DNA of 64,000 nt from Paraphysomonas bandaiensis (GCA_965644295.1 CBFFRP010000200.1:62001-126000), one strand, 5' to 3'. Positions 14,543-32,040 are shown, numbered from the stretch's first letter. Notes: generated from the sequence alone by a model not told the origin. A program made the numbers and translations.

Positions 14543-14708
14543 TGTTGAACTTCTTATCAACTCTGTGTTTTTACTACGATTACGATGACAGCAAATGTAT
14601 TCTTCTCTTACTTTATGGCAGTAATAATGAAATAGTTGCTCTGCAATATACTCATATTTACAGTACTGGACTCAAACGTTCACTCTATGCGCATACTGAT
14701 GTAGTTCC

Positions 14709-14789
14709 GCATTGCGCAGAAATATATCTTCCCTCCTCAATAAAAGTAATTCAGCATTGCGCAGAAACATATCTTCCCTCCTCAATAAA
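14709..14789. repeat. Direct tandem duplication, 36-bp core, 45-bp period
   Basis: gcattgcgcagaaa(t/c)atatcttccctcctcaataaa at 14709 and 14754, one mismatch. Confidence 0.9.
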
Positions 14790-15412
14790 CAATATACACT
14801 AGTGACATATATAAAACCACTTATAAACTTTGAATACGATATTGTAATAAATTTGTATGTGACCATCGATATGCCATTTCTAAAGAAGTCGTAGTAATTA
14901 TTGGTACGGATACATGGTTACTAAATGGTCAGAAATGAGTCTTTGGGTCGGCTACGTTTCTAATCTAGGAATTTAGTAAAAATGCTGTAGAAACTACTTG
15001 TGTGTGGTGACTGCATTATCAAGAGGCTTATTATGAAATTTATATTGAGTTATGTTCGTTGAAAGAGAACCTATCATCTCTGTGTACTGTCTATAGATGT
15101 AAAACTAGTTTCTGAACACAACCGTTATCATGTAATAATCAGATATTCTTATCATCTCTGTGTACTGTGTAACATATTGCCTGCAAAACTGCAGAACATA
15201 TTCCAACAAGTGAGTCATCTGCATTTCCGAGTATGTCAGGTTAAGATACTTTATAAAATCTACACGCAAGTAAGATTTCTTCATGTACATACTGCCTTAT
15301 GTGGTTTAGATACCGTCCTTAATACTTAATACACTGATTTATGTAATGGAGGTATTTGACAAATATGTGAAGCTTGTTCGCGTAATGTGATCCTAGAAAA
15401 ATGTTTAATTGT

Positions 15413-15964
15413 CAGGGCTGCGTAACAATTAATTGCAATTTAATTGCAGATGTTTTAGCAATTGAATTATTAGTTATAGCTCGCGCAATGTCCATGTCCA
15501 TACCGCTGCATGTTCAGTTCGAAGTGGAATTTAATCCTGCAGTGTCCTGTAAGGCAGGATCGGTAAGAAGATGATTGCCAACTACTTAGAGATATATATC
15601 TTCAAACTAGAAGGATATTACGCTATGGATCGATCTGAACTTAGTCTTGTAGCTCAAGATCAAGAGGAAAAGCACGTAATCGACCGTACAAAGAAACAGT
15701 ACTTCTCTTAATGTAAAGATATTTATAATGAGAGGCCACAGCCCCTGCCCACCATATTAATAGACATTATAATGGCGCCATCTTCCTTAACATTTTCTAA
15801 GCTCTAATTCAAATATTATATCCTTATTCTACATTTCTACATAGTAGTAATTGTCAATTATTTGCAATTTAATTGCAACCTTCCAGCGGGCAATTATAAT
15901 TGCAATTATTACGTATGATCTATGCAATATAATTGCAATTACAATTAGTTGTTACGCTGCCCTG
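15413..15964. mobile_element. Non-autonomous hAT-type element (MITE-like), 552 bp
   Basis: TIRs CAGGGCTGCGTAACAATTAATTG and (reverse complement) CAGGGCAGCGTAACAACTAATTG; many subterminal AATTGCA words; 8-bp flanks ttaattgt / ctagttgt (6/8 match, degenerate TSD). Confidence 0.75.
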
Positions 15965-16304
15965 CTAGTTGTACTTGTATGCAAGTGTTTTAGTGCAGTG
16001 GAGTATAGTGTTCAAAGCATTGCTCACTTTGTCAGTTTCATTTCTAAATAAAAATCTGCCCATTGTTATAGAGCCAACAAGGAGAAGTATGAAGTGCTGC
16101 AAAGCAATAATATTATTTCAGTGATACTTGTTCTAGCTAAAACACAATTACGAACACAACGATATTACTAATTAAATACTTCACAGTATGGCTACGCAAA
16201 GATGAATATCACATAACGTGTTACCAAGCAACTTCAAACGTTTCGGACTGGCTATGCACTGGTTCTGGCCATTATATTATCACAAACCCACAACCCAGAT
16301 TCAC

Positions 16305-20656
<4,352 letters not shown>

Positions 20657-21232
20657 CTTATCAGTCTCACTCTGCAGCACAGATATAGGGATTGTTATGA
20701 GAATTAATGGAAGGTGTCAGCCATATGAGCCCTCGAACAAATAACACTCTGCAGACAATGCTATAGATATACTCGCTCTACTTAATATGCACACAGCAGT
20801 ATCGTACTGTCGACTGTAGTTGTGTTGTAGGGTACGGAGTATGGAGTGTATCAGATACACACCACCACTTCAGAAATCTATCGCTACATTTTATCCCTCT
20901 ACTTTTCCTCCTCAACTCACTCTACAAAAAATGACAAAAATATCTTGAAAATCGGCATTTTTTGTAGATATCGGGACTTGTATATACTGCTGTATAGAGT
21001 AGCTTGTAGGCAGCAGAATATCGACGATATCTATGCACATACATGATCAGTGAGATTGAGCACCCCTACTAGACAAACTAAAGGCTGCTAATCAAAGTCC
21101 AGCACTTTGTTCATAGAGTGTATAGAGTAGTTTAGAATAGTTCTGTATTATATTTATGATACTACTATTGTGTTGGAGTATAAAATTAAATGAACATGCT
21201 TGTTATAATATCGATATCAACTTTTAATATCA

Positions 21233-21516
21233 GGGTAGAAAAATGGGTAGAAAAACTAGTCATCGTTGGAAAAAATCATGTGTGGAAGAAAGATAGAAAC
21301 ATGTACGCCAGACTACTTCTGAGTATGGTCATCGCGAAAACTATGGAAGAACCATTTCATACAACTCCATCTGATGGGCCACTTTCTCCTTTTCCTGCGT
21401 ATTTAAAGTCCAAATTAAAAGGTGTTGTTGGCCCACACGAGAGCTTTTTCTGGCGAGATGTGTATGAGCGCATGGCCCAATGGCGAATATATAGTTTTGA
21501 GAAATACCCGTACTAG
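21233..21516 (+). pseudogene. DUF4485 (CEP112 N-terminal-like) exon; truncated or decayed gene
   Basis: After acceptor ttttaatatcag: VEKWVEKL...DRNMYARLLLSM...EPFHTTPSDGPLSPFP resembles the DUF4485 pattern. I found no clean upstream exon and no downstream coiled-coil exons. Confidence 0.45.
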
Positions 21517-22136
21517 TATGTAGAATTCAATGAATGGCAGCAAGGGAAATTATGGTTGCAACTAGAACACGAGTTCTATACGTTCGGATCATTATAATTT
21601 TCTATTATGACTGACTCGTTCATGCATACTATGTTGTTCCCCAACTGGAAACATCTTAACAGCTCTCAGTTAGCTCCTGATTATTGAATTACTAGTATAC
21701 GGTATGTAATAACCAGCTATCAGGTGAGACCAGACACTAAGCATACGGCCAGAGGAATCAATCGCTAAGAGCACTACATATTAATTTTTGATAATAAGAT
21801 GCTATTTTTTCACTCTGGAAGTTGCTTGTAGATAGTATTGTAGCTGTGGCACCCTGCCCTACCTCATACGGCCTGAGGAACAATCCAATAAGCCAGTAGA
21901 GGATCCAAATCAACTCAGCTGACTGTACCAGGAGGAAATGGCTCTCGGAAGAAATCGCATAGTACTCGCTCCAGATTATCTGTACATCATAGGTTTAATA
22001 TTATTATTATATTGCCATATTTATCATTAATAATGATGAGATTTGTGATTATGTGTGTCCGATTGTATCCGAAGGAGTTGATCAATCAAACTCCAATTAT
22101 GTGATGCAGATGATTGCTGGCTTAATCAATTCCTAG

Positions 22137-22315
22137 ATTTGGTGAATCTTCAGTCATGAGGCAACGGAATATACCTAATGGATGCAACGATGGGTTCAAT
22201 TTTGCCATTGGACTATTCGAAATTATTGCCCCGTTCAGACAAATGAGCAAAATTGAACCCATCGTTGCATCCAATAGGTATATTCCGTTGCCTCATGACT
22301 GAAGATTCACCAAAT
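22137..22315. repeat. Near-perfect inverted repeat: 69-bp arms (22137-22205, 22247-22315), 41-nt loop
   Basis: The arms are reverse complements with one mismatch; no TSD visible. Confidence 0.92.
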
Positions 22316-22907
22316 TGTTTCAGATATTTTCCGTACTCCTGTGCATCCAATGATCGTCCATCTGCCGTTATGTATCGGCGAGAAACGATTGAAGACTTAT
22401 ACAGTGATGATGAGTTATTGTGATCACTGTATTAGACTGATGGGAATGGCTTTTGGTTTGGATGATACCGACATGGAGGTCTTAGTATCTCATATCTCCG
22501 GTATATGTTTGACAGTAGCGGGTAGCGGAGTAGTGGTTTGGTTGTCATGCGACCTTAATGCCGTGTACTGAGAATGGAATTTACGCATGTCGCATGAATT
22601 TAGCTGCTGATTGATGACATTAATATATTACAATATTATTATTCCGGTTTGAGAATGATTGCAACATTAATAATGGGACGCTACCTCACGATATATAATC
22701 CCCGTTATTCATATCCCTGTGCCAAGACATATGCTCACAACGCTAGACATGACAAAAGCTAAAATTGCTGGCTGGCGGATACAATGAGATGCATTGAAAA
22801 TTGCACATTAAAAAGTCATATAAATACGCACAATTCCATTGTTCGGTGAAGGAAAAAACAAGTAATAAGAGAAAATGCTGGCTTAGTTACTGAAATGAAA
22901 AGAGAAC

Positions 22908-23936
22908 TTAATCCTCCTCCTCGTCCTCGTCGGCAGCCTTGAGGGCAGCCTTCTTGGCAGCTGCATCGGCTTTTCTTTGGGCGTGAGACTTCTTACCGGC
23001 CTTCTTGAAGCTCTTATCGATGGCCGTGAACTTAGGAGCAGGAACGTGCTCAGGGTTGGCACGGATTGCCTCGTGGACCTTCTCGTAGAGAGATTCGATC
23101 TCATCGGCATCGATACCTGCAGCAATGTACTTGGCGAAGTGCTTTTGGTACATCTCCTCATCGTCCTCTTCCATTTCACGCATGTAATCGGCGATGTGCT
23201 CACCCATGATGCGGCTCTTGTGGGTCTCAGCGTCGAACTCCTTGGTGTCGCGAGCGTATCCAGGGAAGCGCTTCTCGCTGTGGGGGATGTCAAGGCCACC
23301 ATCGCTGGCACCCTTCATGGCGCCGAAAATACGAGCACCGGTGGTGGTGTTCTTCGTTCCGACATCAAGAAGAGCACGGAAAGGTCTCTTCTCGTCATCA
23401 ACCTCCTCAACGTAGTAAGTCTTTCCACCGTGCTTGGTAGAGATGGCCTCACCGGCAACCTCCTCAACACCCTCGTAAGTCTCGTCAAGACCAATCTTCT
23501 TCAGAAGACGTCTAGCAAGGAGTAGACCGGTGCAGTATGCGGCAGAGTAGTTCTTCAACCCAACAGTAAGACCATATCTCTCGAGCTCCTTGGAGTGAGC
23601 AGCGCATAGCACTTTATCACCGTCGATCTCAGCATAGACGATCTGGCATATCACGTATCTGTTGGTGATACGAACGACAAGGCGGTACTTCGGGGACTTG
23701 TACTTGTTCTTGTCCTGAGTGATGAGCTTATGGCGCTGACGGTAGTCAGTCTTTCCCTCTATACATTAACATATCACTGCAACTGTCATAAACAAGAGAA
23801 GGTACGGTACTCACCTCGCCTCCTGCGAAACTTGACCTGGTACCTCTTGAAGTACTGCTTTGTCTTGATAACCTTAACAAACGGCTACAGAGAGAGTTAC
23901 ATTAATAAAAAAAATTAAAATATTTGGTCGCACCAT
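22908..23936 (-). CDS. RPL5: 60S ribosomal protein L5 (uL18); first coding exon is ATG only
   Basis: M|PFVKVIKTKQYFKRYQVKFRRRR|EGKTDY..., NYSAAYCTGLLLARR, GARIFGAMKGASDGGLDIPHSEKRFPGY; strong codon bias. Confidence 0.97.
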
Positions 23937-24285
23937 CTTTCCTTGCAACTATCCAGCAAATTTAACTTAGCCAACTAATGAGACAATTGGAGCTGAATAA
24001 ACACTCCATCATCGTCTCTTGGCACACAGCGTTCATATGAATCACCACCACAAACACTGCACATAATACCGTGACTGTCCAAGATACGTAATCTTTTCAG
24101 TTTTTGTAGTTCGACAACATTTTTACATATATTTCAGTTTTGTCTTTTCAAGATATTGATTATTCGTTTGGTTTTCTTTCATCCACTAAAGCAACTAAAA
24201 CACTGTGCTGTAGAGTGAGTGTGGAGGAGTGTGTTATATTATGATTTAATCATTACAGTTTTGGTATTCTCTTATTTGGTACAAC

Positions 24286-24833
24286 ATGGTGAGATATGTT
24301 ATTGTACACGCACTATGATGTAATTGTATTGATAGGGATTCACTAGATTCGTGGAAGTTGGCCGTGTGGCTTTGATCAACTACGGTCCTGATGCCGGCAA
24401 GCTTTGCACCATTATTGACATGATCGACAACAACAGGGTATGTCATTAATTAAATAGCTTGTCGTGTATGAATAATTTTTGTGAAGGTGTTGGTCGATGG
24501 CCCCCGCGAAAAGACTGGCATCCATCGTCAAGTGATGACTACTAAGAGACTTTCTCTGACTGACTTTGTGGCCAAAATTCCTCGCAATGCCAAGGAGAAG
24601 AAGATTGTTGCCGCATGGGAGGTAATATAGTAATTATAATATAATTGTTGATACTAATAGAACATTAGGAACAAGGCATTTTGGCTGCTTGGGAGTCGAC
24701 TTCTTGGGCTAAAAAGTTGGCCACCAAGAAGCGCCGTGCTGCTTTGTCTGATTTCGACCGCTTCAAGGTCATGATAGCCAAGAAGCAGAAGTCAGAGATT
24801 GTTACAAAGAAGTTGTCTGAAATATCCGCATAA
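24286..24833 (+). CDS. RPL14: 60S ribosomal protein L14 (eL14), 4 exons; first coding exon is ATG only (missed by the ORF track)
   Basis: ATG|gtgag...gatag|[34 protein letters not shown]|VLVDGP...[24 protein letters not shown]; stop TAA at 24831-24833. Confidence 0.95.
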
Positions 24834-26501
24834 TGTAGTGACTAAATAAGAGGATATCAGTGATATGTAAAAACGCAGATGCATAATCTTTATATCACCT
24901 TGTGCAGACGTACAGACACAAAGTACTTGCTTCATGTCATACTAAAACAACATACTTGCTACATAGCCTCAATATTTTTAATTAGCAAGTAGCATGACAA
25001 TCATTTCTTTATGACAAATGAATTGGGAAGAAAGCCAGCTGTATTTCATTAACTCTTAATCGAGTGAAAGCTATACGATGCGGAAATCATGTGACAGTCG
25101 TGCATGTGGTAACATAGTGCTCGTATCGCCTTATTGTGCATGATGTCTCCTATATAAGCGCTTATAACGAACCCGACAGAGGAGATGAAGTCAGCTGCCT
25201 CTTTACCCCGTTATTGCAAGCTGGGTTTAAGACAGTTAATAGAGAATGATATGCTTAGTATGTTGTATGTAGTATGTATCCCCACAGAGAAAAGTATCAA
25301 TAGTCAATAACCAGATTCCAGCCATCATTCTGAAATGAGACACAACAAAATAGTACAACCCACGAATAATAAACGATTGGAGAGAAGGATGGAGCCATTT
25401 GAATACGCATATCTATTGAACGATAATGCATGTATATGACAAATTGTAAAGTAATGCGAAACGGAAGGTTGCAAATAGGTGCGTGCATAATACTTGTTGC
25501 TCAGCGTTAAGGAACACAATACTTCAATTTGATTGGTCTACCATCAAACACAATCCGTTACTATTGTTATTGTTATTGTTATTGTTAAGCCAGCGCACAG
25601 TATATTACAAATATGCTATAAAATATTGTTACTATAAAACCCAGTTGAGTCTCCAGATAACATTAGAATACGACGAATAATAATAACTGTGCAACGCAGC
25701 TAGGGAGTTTATTTTGGAGTGTCAAATAATTATAAAAGAACTCTTGGTGTTTAGGAAAACGTGTAAAGTATAAAGATATCAAGTTTGTCATTGCCAATAT
25801 TACCAGAGCTTAAATAATCAATACATTCAGTTTCACTAACACAATGCATGTCATGAAATTAGTTCAAGTGATGCCGTTTACAACTATTGCATTATTTAAG
25901 TACCCTAAAAGTGCTCAGAAATAAGAAAAACTCAAGCTGACAATCCTGGTGACCTGGTACCTCAGACTGCCGTTTGGCGAGGTAAAACATTGCAAATAAT
26001 GTAGACAGTAAACAGTGGCACTCATAGTCATTGTCAGCTCTCACTAGGTTCCTAAAATTCCAGTGGATCTAATGTTGCACCTTTATACTAGGATGCATTA
26101 TAGAGATGTGCCAATAAGTTGATGTGTTACCACCAGCATTACGAAACTACGAGCTACGTGATAGCTTACAAGAGGATACAAATTCACCATTTTCTACTAT
26201 GAATTTGTTGCACTACTAACTCACTTCAGTTGCACAATATAGATGATATATGATATCATCTGTCCCGCAAGTAATGAGGTAAGGACGATGGTATTATAGA
26301 AAGCAGGTAGTCTGCTTGTGTTGTTCCGACTGTAATCTCACCCAACTTTTAAAAAACAAATAATACAAACTAAGACTGATAAACAAATGTTATGCTTCAC
26401 TTAGGGTTGATAAGGTCCTGGTTTGAAAGCTCCCTATCAAAGAGTCTACCGTGACCTGTAGTGCTACACTATCTCGACCAGCCACGACAACATGCAGGTG
26501 T

Positions 26502-28324
26502 CTATCTTACTGGGATCAAATCATCAATTTTCAAAATCATCCCTACACACTCAGTAGAGAGTCCAATTTCTGATAGATTGACAAGAAGTGGCTGCACCAC
26601 ATGTTCCTCCCACATGTCAGATATGGCACCACGACGAACGTCAATCCCTGCCGAGGAATCACCCTGGTTGTGGCGGTTACGGAGCTCCGTCACAAGTGCG
26701 ATGGGATTAATTCCGGCGTTTTCAGCCAAGGTGTATGGGATGATCTCAAGAGCCTGAACAATATGTATAAATAGTAGATCTAAAGGTGACAAGAAACCTA
26801 CCTCTGCAAATGCACGGGCGCAGTACGAACGCACACCAGTCAGGGTCTTACTCCACTGCGTCAGACGCAAGGCGCATTCCGCTTCACCAGCACCACCACC
26901 AGCAATCATATACCTGCACAGCAATTAGAGTAAGACAAAAAAGACACACCAACAGAACCTCTTCTTGACAAGGGATCGGACCACACAGAGTGCGTCATGC
27001 AAAGAACGGTCCGCCTCTACAAATTAATAATCAACGAAAATGTTATGTTTCACAATAAATATACCGTCCAGAACTAGCTTGTTGCTTCCACGCATGAGTA
27101 CAGTTACTGTGCGACCCATGTTCACAATGTCGGTAAACTTCACAACCCTTGATGAGCTGCCGCCAATTGAGATCTCTTGCACCAAACCAGCTGATCCCAA
27201 CTTGTTGGGGGAGAAATGGTCAACATGTGCAACAGGAAGTACATTAAGAGTGCGTGATATGAAGTCAATGTCAGTGCGCTCAATGTCTGTGACAACCATG
27301 ATGTCGAGCTTTGCAAGAAAGTGAAGGGAGAGGTCATTGTAGGCATCGCGCAATATGGATTTTTGGATGAGCAGAACGTTACATCCAGTCTTCTTTATCT
27401 TCTTACAGAGGCCAAGAATGTATTTTCTCTCTTCGCGCAAGATGCGATCCATGGCAGCGTAATCGGAGACAACAACATTGTTCTCCATATCAGTCTTGGG
27501 AGCGGAGAGGCAGAACTGGATGAGAGCAATCTTTGCGTTCTCCATTCTGACGGGTCCGTTAGCAGTGTGCTTTGCTCCCCGCTGTAACACAAGACCGCGA
27601 ACCAATTCTGAGTCGTCCATCGTACCACCCACCTGTTTGACAATTTTGACATCGTCAAGATCGACATTGGTGGCAGTAAGAGGATCAATGATGCTAAGAA
27701 CGGCATCAACCGCAATTGGAGACAACACGTCTGCGTGATGATGCACAACCTTGGAAGATAGACAAGTGTTCACGGTATCCAGTACCTTCTCCCGGTCAAG
27801 AAGGTCAATTGGGCGCGCGATTCCAACCAATATTTCAGCAGCCTTGGCTGCAGCATCCTTGAATGCTTCAGCAATCATCGTGGGGTGAATTCCTTTGGAA
27901 AGTAGCTCCGAGCACGCGGACAACAATGCTCCAGCAATTACGCAAATACCAGTTGTACCATCTCCAGCTTCAATGTCCTGGGACTTAGACAACTGTACTA
28001 ACATCTGGGCGGTGGGGTGAAATACTTGCATCTGAGACAATATCGTTGCGCCATCGTTAGTAATGAGAACTTCGCCGTCTCCTTTCTGTATCATTTTATC
28101 CATACCGCGGGGCCCAAGACTAGTTCGAATAGTCTCCGCAACAGCTAAATATAAAATTATCAAAACTCATTTAGATTATAAATATAGAAAAATGATACCT
28201 TTGGCTGCAACAATATTCGACATACGCACATCCTTTTCTTTGGCGTTACCCTTTTGACGCTCGCCTGTCGACTGTATGAGCTCTCTGATAATACATGTGA
28301 AATAAAAATACCTTGCTTGCTCAT
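26502..28324 (-). CDS. CCT4: T-complex protein 1 subunit delta (CCT/TRiC), multi-exon
   Basis: [12 protein letters not shown]|[77 protein letters not shown]; ends [11 protein letters not shown]. Confidence 0.95.
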
Positions 28325-28767
28325 GTTTTTGTGTTCTATTATATCTCTATATGTGAGATGCAATGTGTTTTGTTCTGTGGCGATGCAATTGAGGGTTTAA
28401 AAGGAAATAGTTATGTATGAGTGTATATGCAGTGCTGCAAACACCCAACACACCACAAACACAGACATCATCCGACTCGATCCTCACACACCTCACACAG
28501 AGATATGTAGCCCGTATTCAGTAATACGTACGGTACAAACATCCGTATCATCACAATCATCATCACCAGCAGCAGCAAGGTATGGCTGAACGTATATGTA
28601 TATATATGGGTCGTATTTTCTACTACAGTGTATACAGGCACTGTATTTCTGTGCCTACCGTATTAGAGGATGTGATTATCAGTGCAGAGAACTGCCTGCT
28701 GCAACACCCACCACTCTGATATTCTATTTAAGACCAGCGTAACTCACCTGCTATATTTCGATTGAGA

Positions 28768-30563
28768 ATGCCAGCAGATGATTTTATCAAAGCACGTACG
28801 CTGGGAGAAGGGACATGGGGTGTTGTGTATGGAGGAACACGTAAGAGCGATGGTGCCACAGTAGCCATCAAGAGAATCAAGAAGATGCCTGGGAATGATA
28901 CAGGAACGAACTTCTCTGCATTGCGCGAAATAAAGTATTTGAAGGAAATCAGGCATGACAACATAGTGACGGTAGTAATCAATGATGCTCTGTCGTGATT
29001 GTTTTGATCAACTGTTTCACAGCTGATAGATGTGTTTATATCGGACTCGGCACTGCACTTGGTCTTCGAGTATTGTGAAACTGATTTGGAGAGGGTACGT
29101 CTAAGAAATAAAAGCCATTAATTACACAATAAATTATATGTGTGTAAATACTGCAATTTCAATTCGATTCATGAAGCTAATTGTAGATCATACGAACCCG
29201 TGATATATTCTTCACGCCTTCGGACATAAAGTCGTATATGCTCATGCTACTAAACGCGTTAGAGCACTGTCATCGATACTACATCTTGCATAGAGATCTA
29301 AAGCCATCTAACTTGCTGATTTCATCGACTGGACAACTGAAATTGGCTGATTTTGGTCTCGCTAGGTTCCAGGGATCGCCGCAAAGAAAAATGACTGCTG
29401 AAGTTGTCACAAGGTGTGTTACAATATGCAAAAGTGTTGAATTTCTTTTCGAAAAGCAAGCATCTTGAGTGTTTGTAAGATATTTCATATTGTTGAATAT
29501 CATATATAGTACTGTGTTCTTACTGTTACTTGGATGGCATTGTTACTGGTACTGTGAGATTTTTGTAACGGGCTAATTCCGCTTTCAGTGGTTATAGGGC
29601 TCCTGAACTGCTCTATGGTGCAAATCACTATACATCTGCAGTAGATATATGGGCTGCAGGATGTATATTGGGCGAGATGATACTGAGAACACCTCTCTTT
29701 CCAGGTGACCTTTCATCATGTATTAATACTTACCTATATCGCTTCGTGAAACTAGATCGATCTGACCTTTGCTGGTATATGTAATATATACGTACTTGTT
29801 GTGGTTACAGGAAACACTGATATTGAGCAGCTGTCTCTCATTTTCGGCTTTTTCGGTACACCTATTATTTCTGATGCCAACGGTAGCAGTGGATCTGGTG
29901 AAGTCAGTGCCTCTGACTATGTCACATGGACGGGAGTGACTACGTTGCCGAACTACATCGCTTTCGAGCCTGTTGAACCTGATCCTCTGAACATGAAAAC
30001 GCTTTTCAGGTAGTGAAATGCGATGCATGGTGTTGTTGTATATAAAGGACGATATATTTATTTTATTCTTACTTTGCACGAAGTTCGCAACCAATTGAAA
30101 CTCTTAATCTCTTCCGTGGTCTGATGCGATACGACCCAAACATGAGGCTTACGGCGAGTAATGTAAGTTTGATGATTGTATGGATGAAATTTCATCGCCA
30201 TATATTGTTACAGCATGGAAAGCGTGATGCATATTTTGCTTTCTGATTACTTAAATATTGTCTTGCATTGCATTGAATTTCAGATACTCAATATGAGTCT
30301 ATGCTTCAAGTGCTGAACTACGGCATATTGTATTATGCCTAAATGAACCCTGTGTATTATTCTTTTGTGCTAGGATGCATTTTGATGTGTGTGATAGAGT
30401 CATTATGAAAGAGTGTGTAATGGATATGATATTGATCTGTGAATTTTAGGCGCTGTCACACGAGTATTTCACTTCCGATAGTTACCCCCCTACCCTGCCT
30501 GAAGAGCTAGTTATAACAGCTCCCTCCAGTAGCCCACCGACTAAAAAGTCGAAACTTCGTTAG
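28768..30563 (+). CDS. CDK7: Cyclin-dependent kinase 7 / CDKD (CDK-activating kinase), multi-exon
   Basis: [18 protein letters not shown]-helix NFSALREIK (CDK7/CDKD type), [45 protein letters not shown]; last exon ALSHEYF to the stop at 30561-30563. Confidence 0.88.
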
Positions 30564-31215
30564 GAATAATTACTTCATGTAAAAATGTAAAAACAATTGA
30601 ATTGATGTTCCAGTAATAATATTATATATCCTCATAAATGTAGAATTTCAATTACATACTCGAAATAATTGCACATATTGGTACCAAAGATTTAATCTTG
30701 CTTAGCGATATAAATACGTTACCACTGATACAAAAAGTGTATCGCGTACAGATGTATGTAGATTTAGTTAAAGTAGTATAGATAATTGATATTACTTGGC
30801 TTTCCTCCGACCTGTCCCTGCCTTTCTTTATTCTTTACTTCCATCTTGCTATAAGAAACACCCGCTAATAAAGTATAAAATAGTACGAAGTAAAAATTCA
30901 TGTTGTATTAGTCAGCTGGTATTAGTAGTGTTGTAAAGGATGAAACGCATAACGCGGACTAAGCGTGTCGAACGGATGGATTACTCGTTTGAAATTATAT
31001 ATGAAACATGCTTCATAAAGTAGTTATAAGCACAACTCGCAAAATGGGAATTCCTATGATTTCAAAAATTTGTTATTAACGATTAGTTATGACAAATATA
31101 TTTCGTATATTATTTTATATTGCAACCAAGCCCGCATTCTAGCTCATACTAAAAACGAGGTAAGATCAAAATTTTCACTCATTCCACCACACATTCAGCA
31201 CCATATATGTCGTTG

Positions 31216-32040
31216 CTATTTTCTCCTACGTCCATCTTTAATTGCATGAGAGCAAAGAACCACGTGTTTGTATGCCATGTGAGCGTTCAGTTCTTGTGGT
31301 ATGTCCCACTCTAACACCCCATGCTCTTGGTTTAAGTGCAACAACATGTGATGCAAAAACACGGGGTGAGATACAACTGCAATATGGCGTTCAGGCCTTT
31401 TGTTTAGCCACTCTAAAAAGTGCATTGCTCTGGTGGCCAATTCACTTAAAGTTTCACGCTTTTCAGGTGAGAACATCACGTCCTCATCGTGTTCTATTTC
31501 AGAAAAATCGAATTCTGGAAATTCCTGTATTGTTTCTGATATAGATCTTCGTCCTGTTGGTGTATACACTCCATATCTTTCTCGGCATTCTTCACGTACC
31601 AGGACAGGAACTTTTCGGTAGCCATCTTCATTACGCTCTGCGAGGAACGATGGGAGACCAGGCTTCCGAGGTACACCGAATACCTTGCTCGCGGTTTCAA
31701 GAGCTCTAGTCAATGGAGACACTACAACAATATCAAATCCACCATCAGGTGAAGGATTTGTATTCATAACGTCATGTTTAATTTCCCGGCACTGTGAAAT
31801 GGATTCTTGAGTCAATTTCGAATCCCAGTGAACCGTATCGCTCAGACAGTCAGCAGAGTGGCTCTCCTGCATTGCTCTGTTGTACCCCTTTACATAGTCA
31901 TATTACACATGATTGGTGTCCGTAATATGTCCTACCGCTTCTCCATGTTGAATGAAGCACACGTGCTTCGTCCTGTCGACTGTAAAGAGCGACAGACCTG
32001 AATTAACTGGACCGATTGCAAACTCAAATGATTCATCCAT
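31216..32040 (-). CDS. Histidine phosphatase (phosphoglycerate mutase-like) family protein; 5' end uncertain
   Basis: Upstream exon ...TKHVCFIQHGEA|intron|GYN..., DSKLT, VVSPLTRALETA, EECRERYG, RET, IAVVSH. Confidence 0.75.

Noticed and set aside
14709-15170. CRISPR-like repeats (36-bp pair; 18-bp pair at 15074 and 15151)
   Set aside because: Only two copies each, irregular spacing, eukaryotic context and no cas genes.
22977-23525. 182-aa antisense ORF over RPL5, and similar shadow ORFs over CCT4, SMC3 and IleRS
   Set aside because: Explained by codon bias of the sense genes; no protein motifs.
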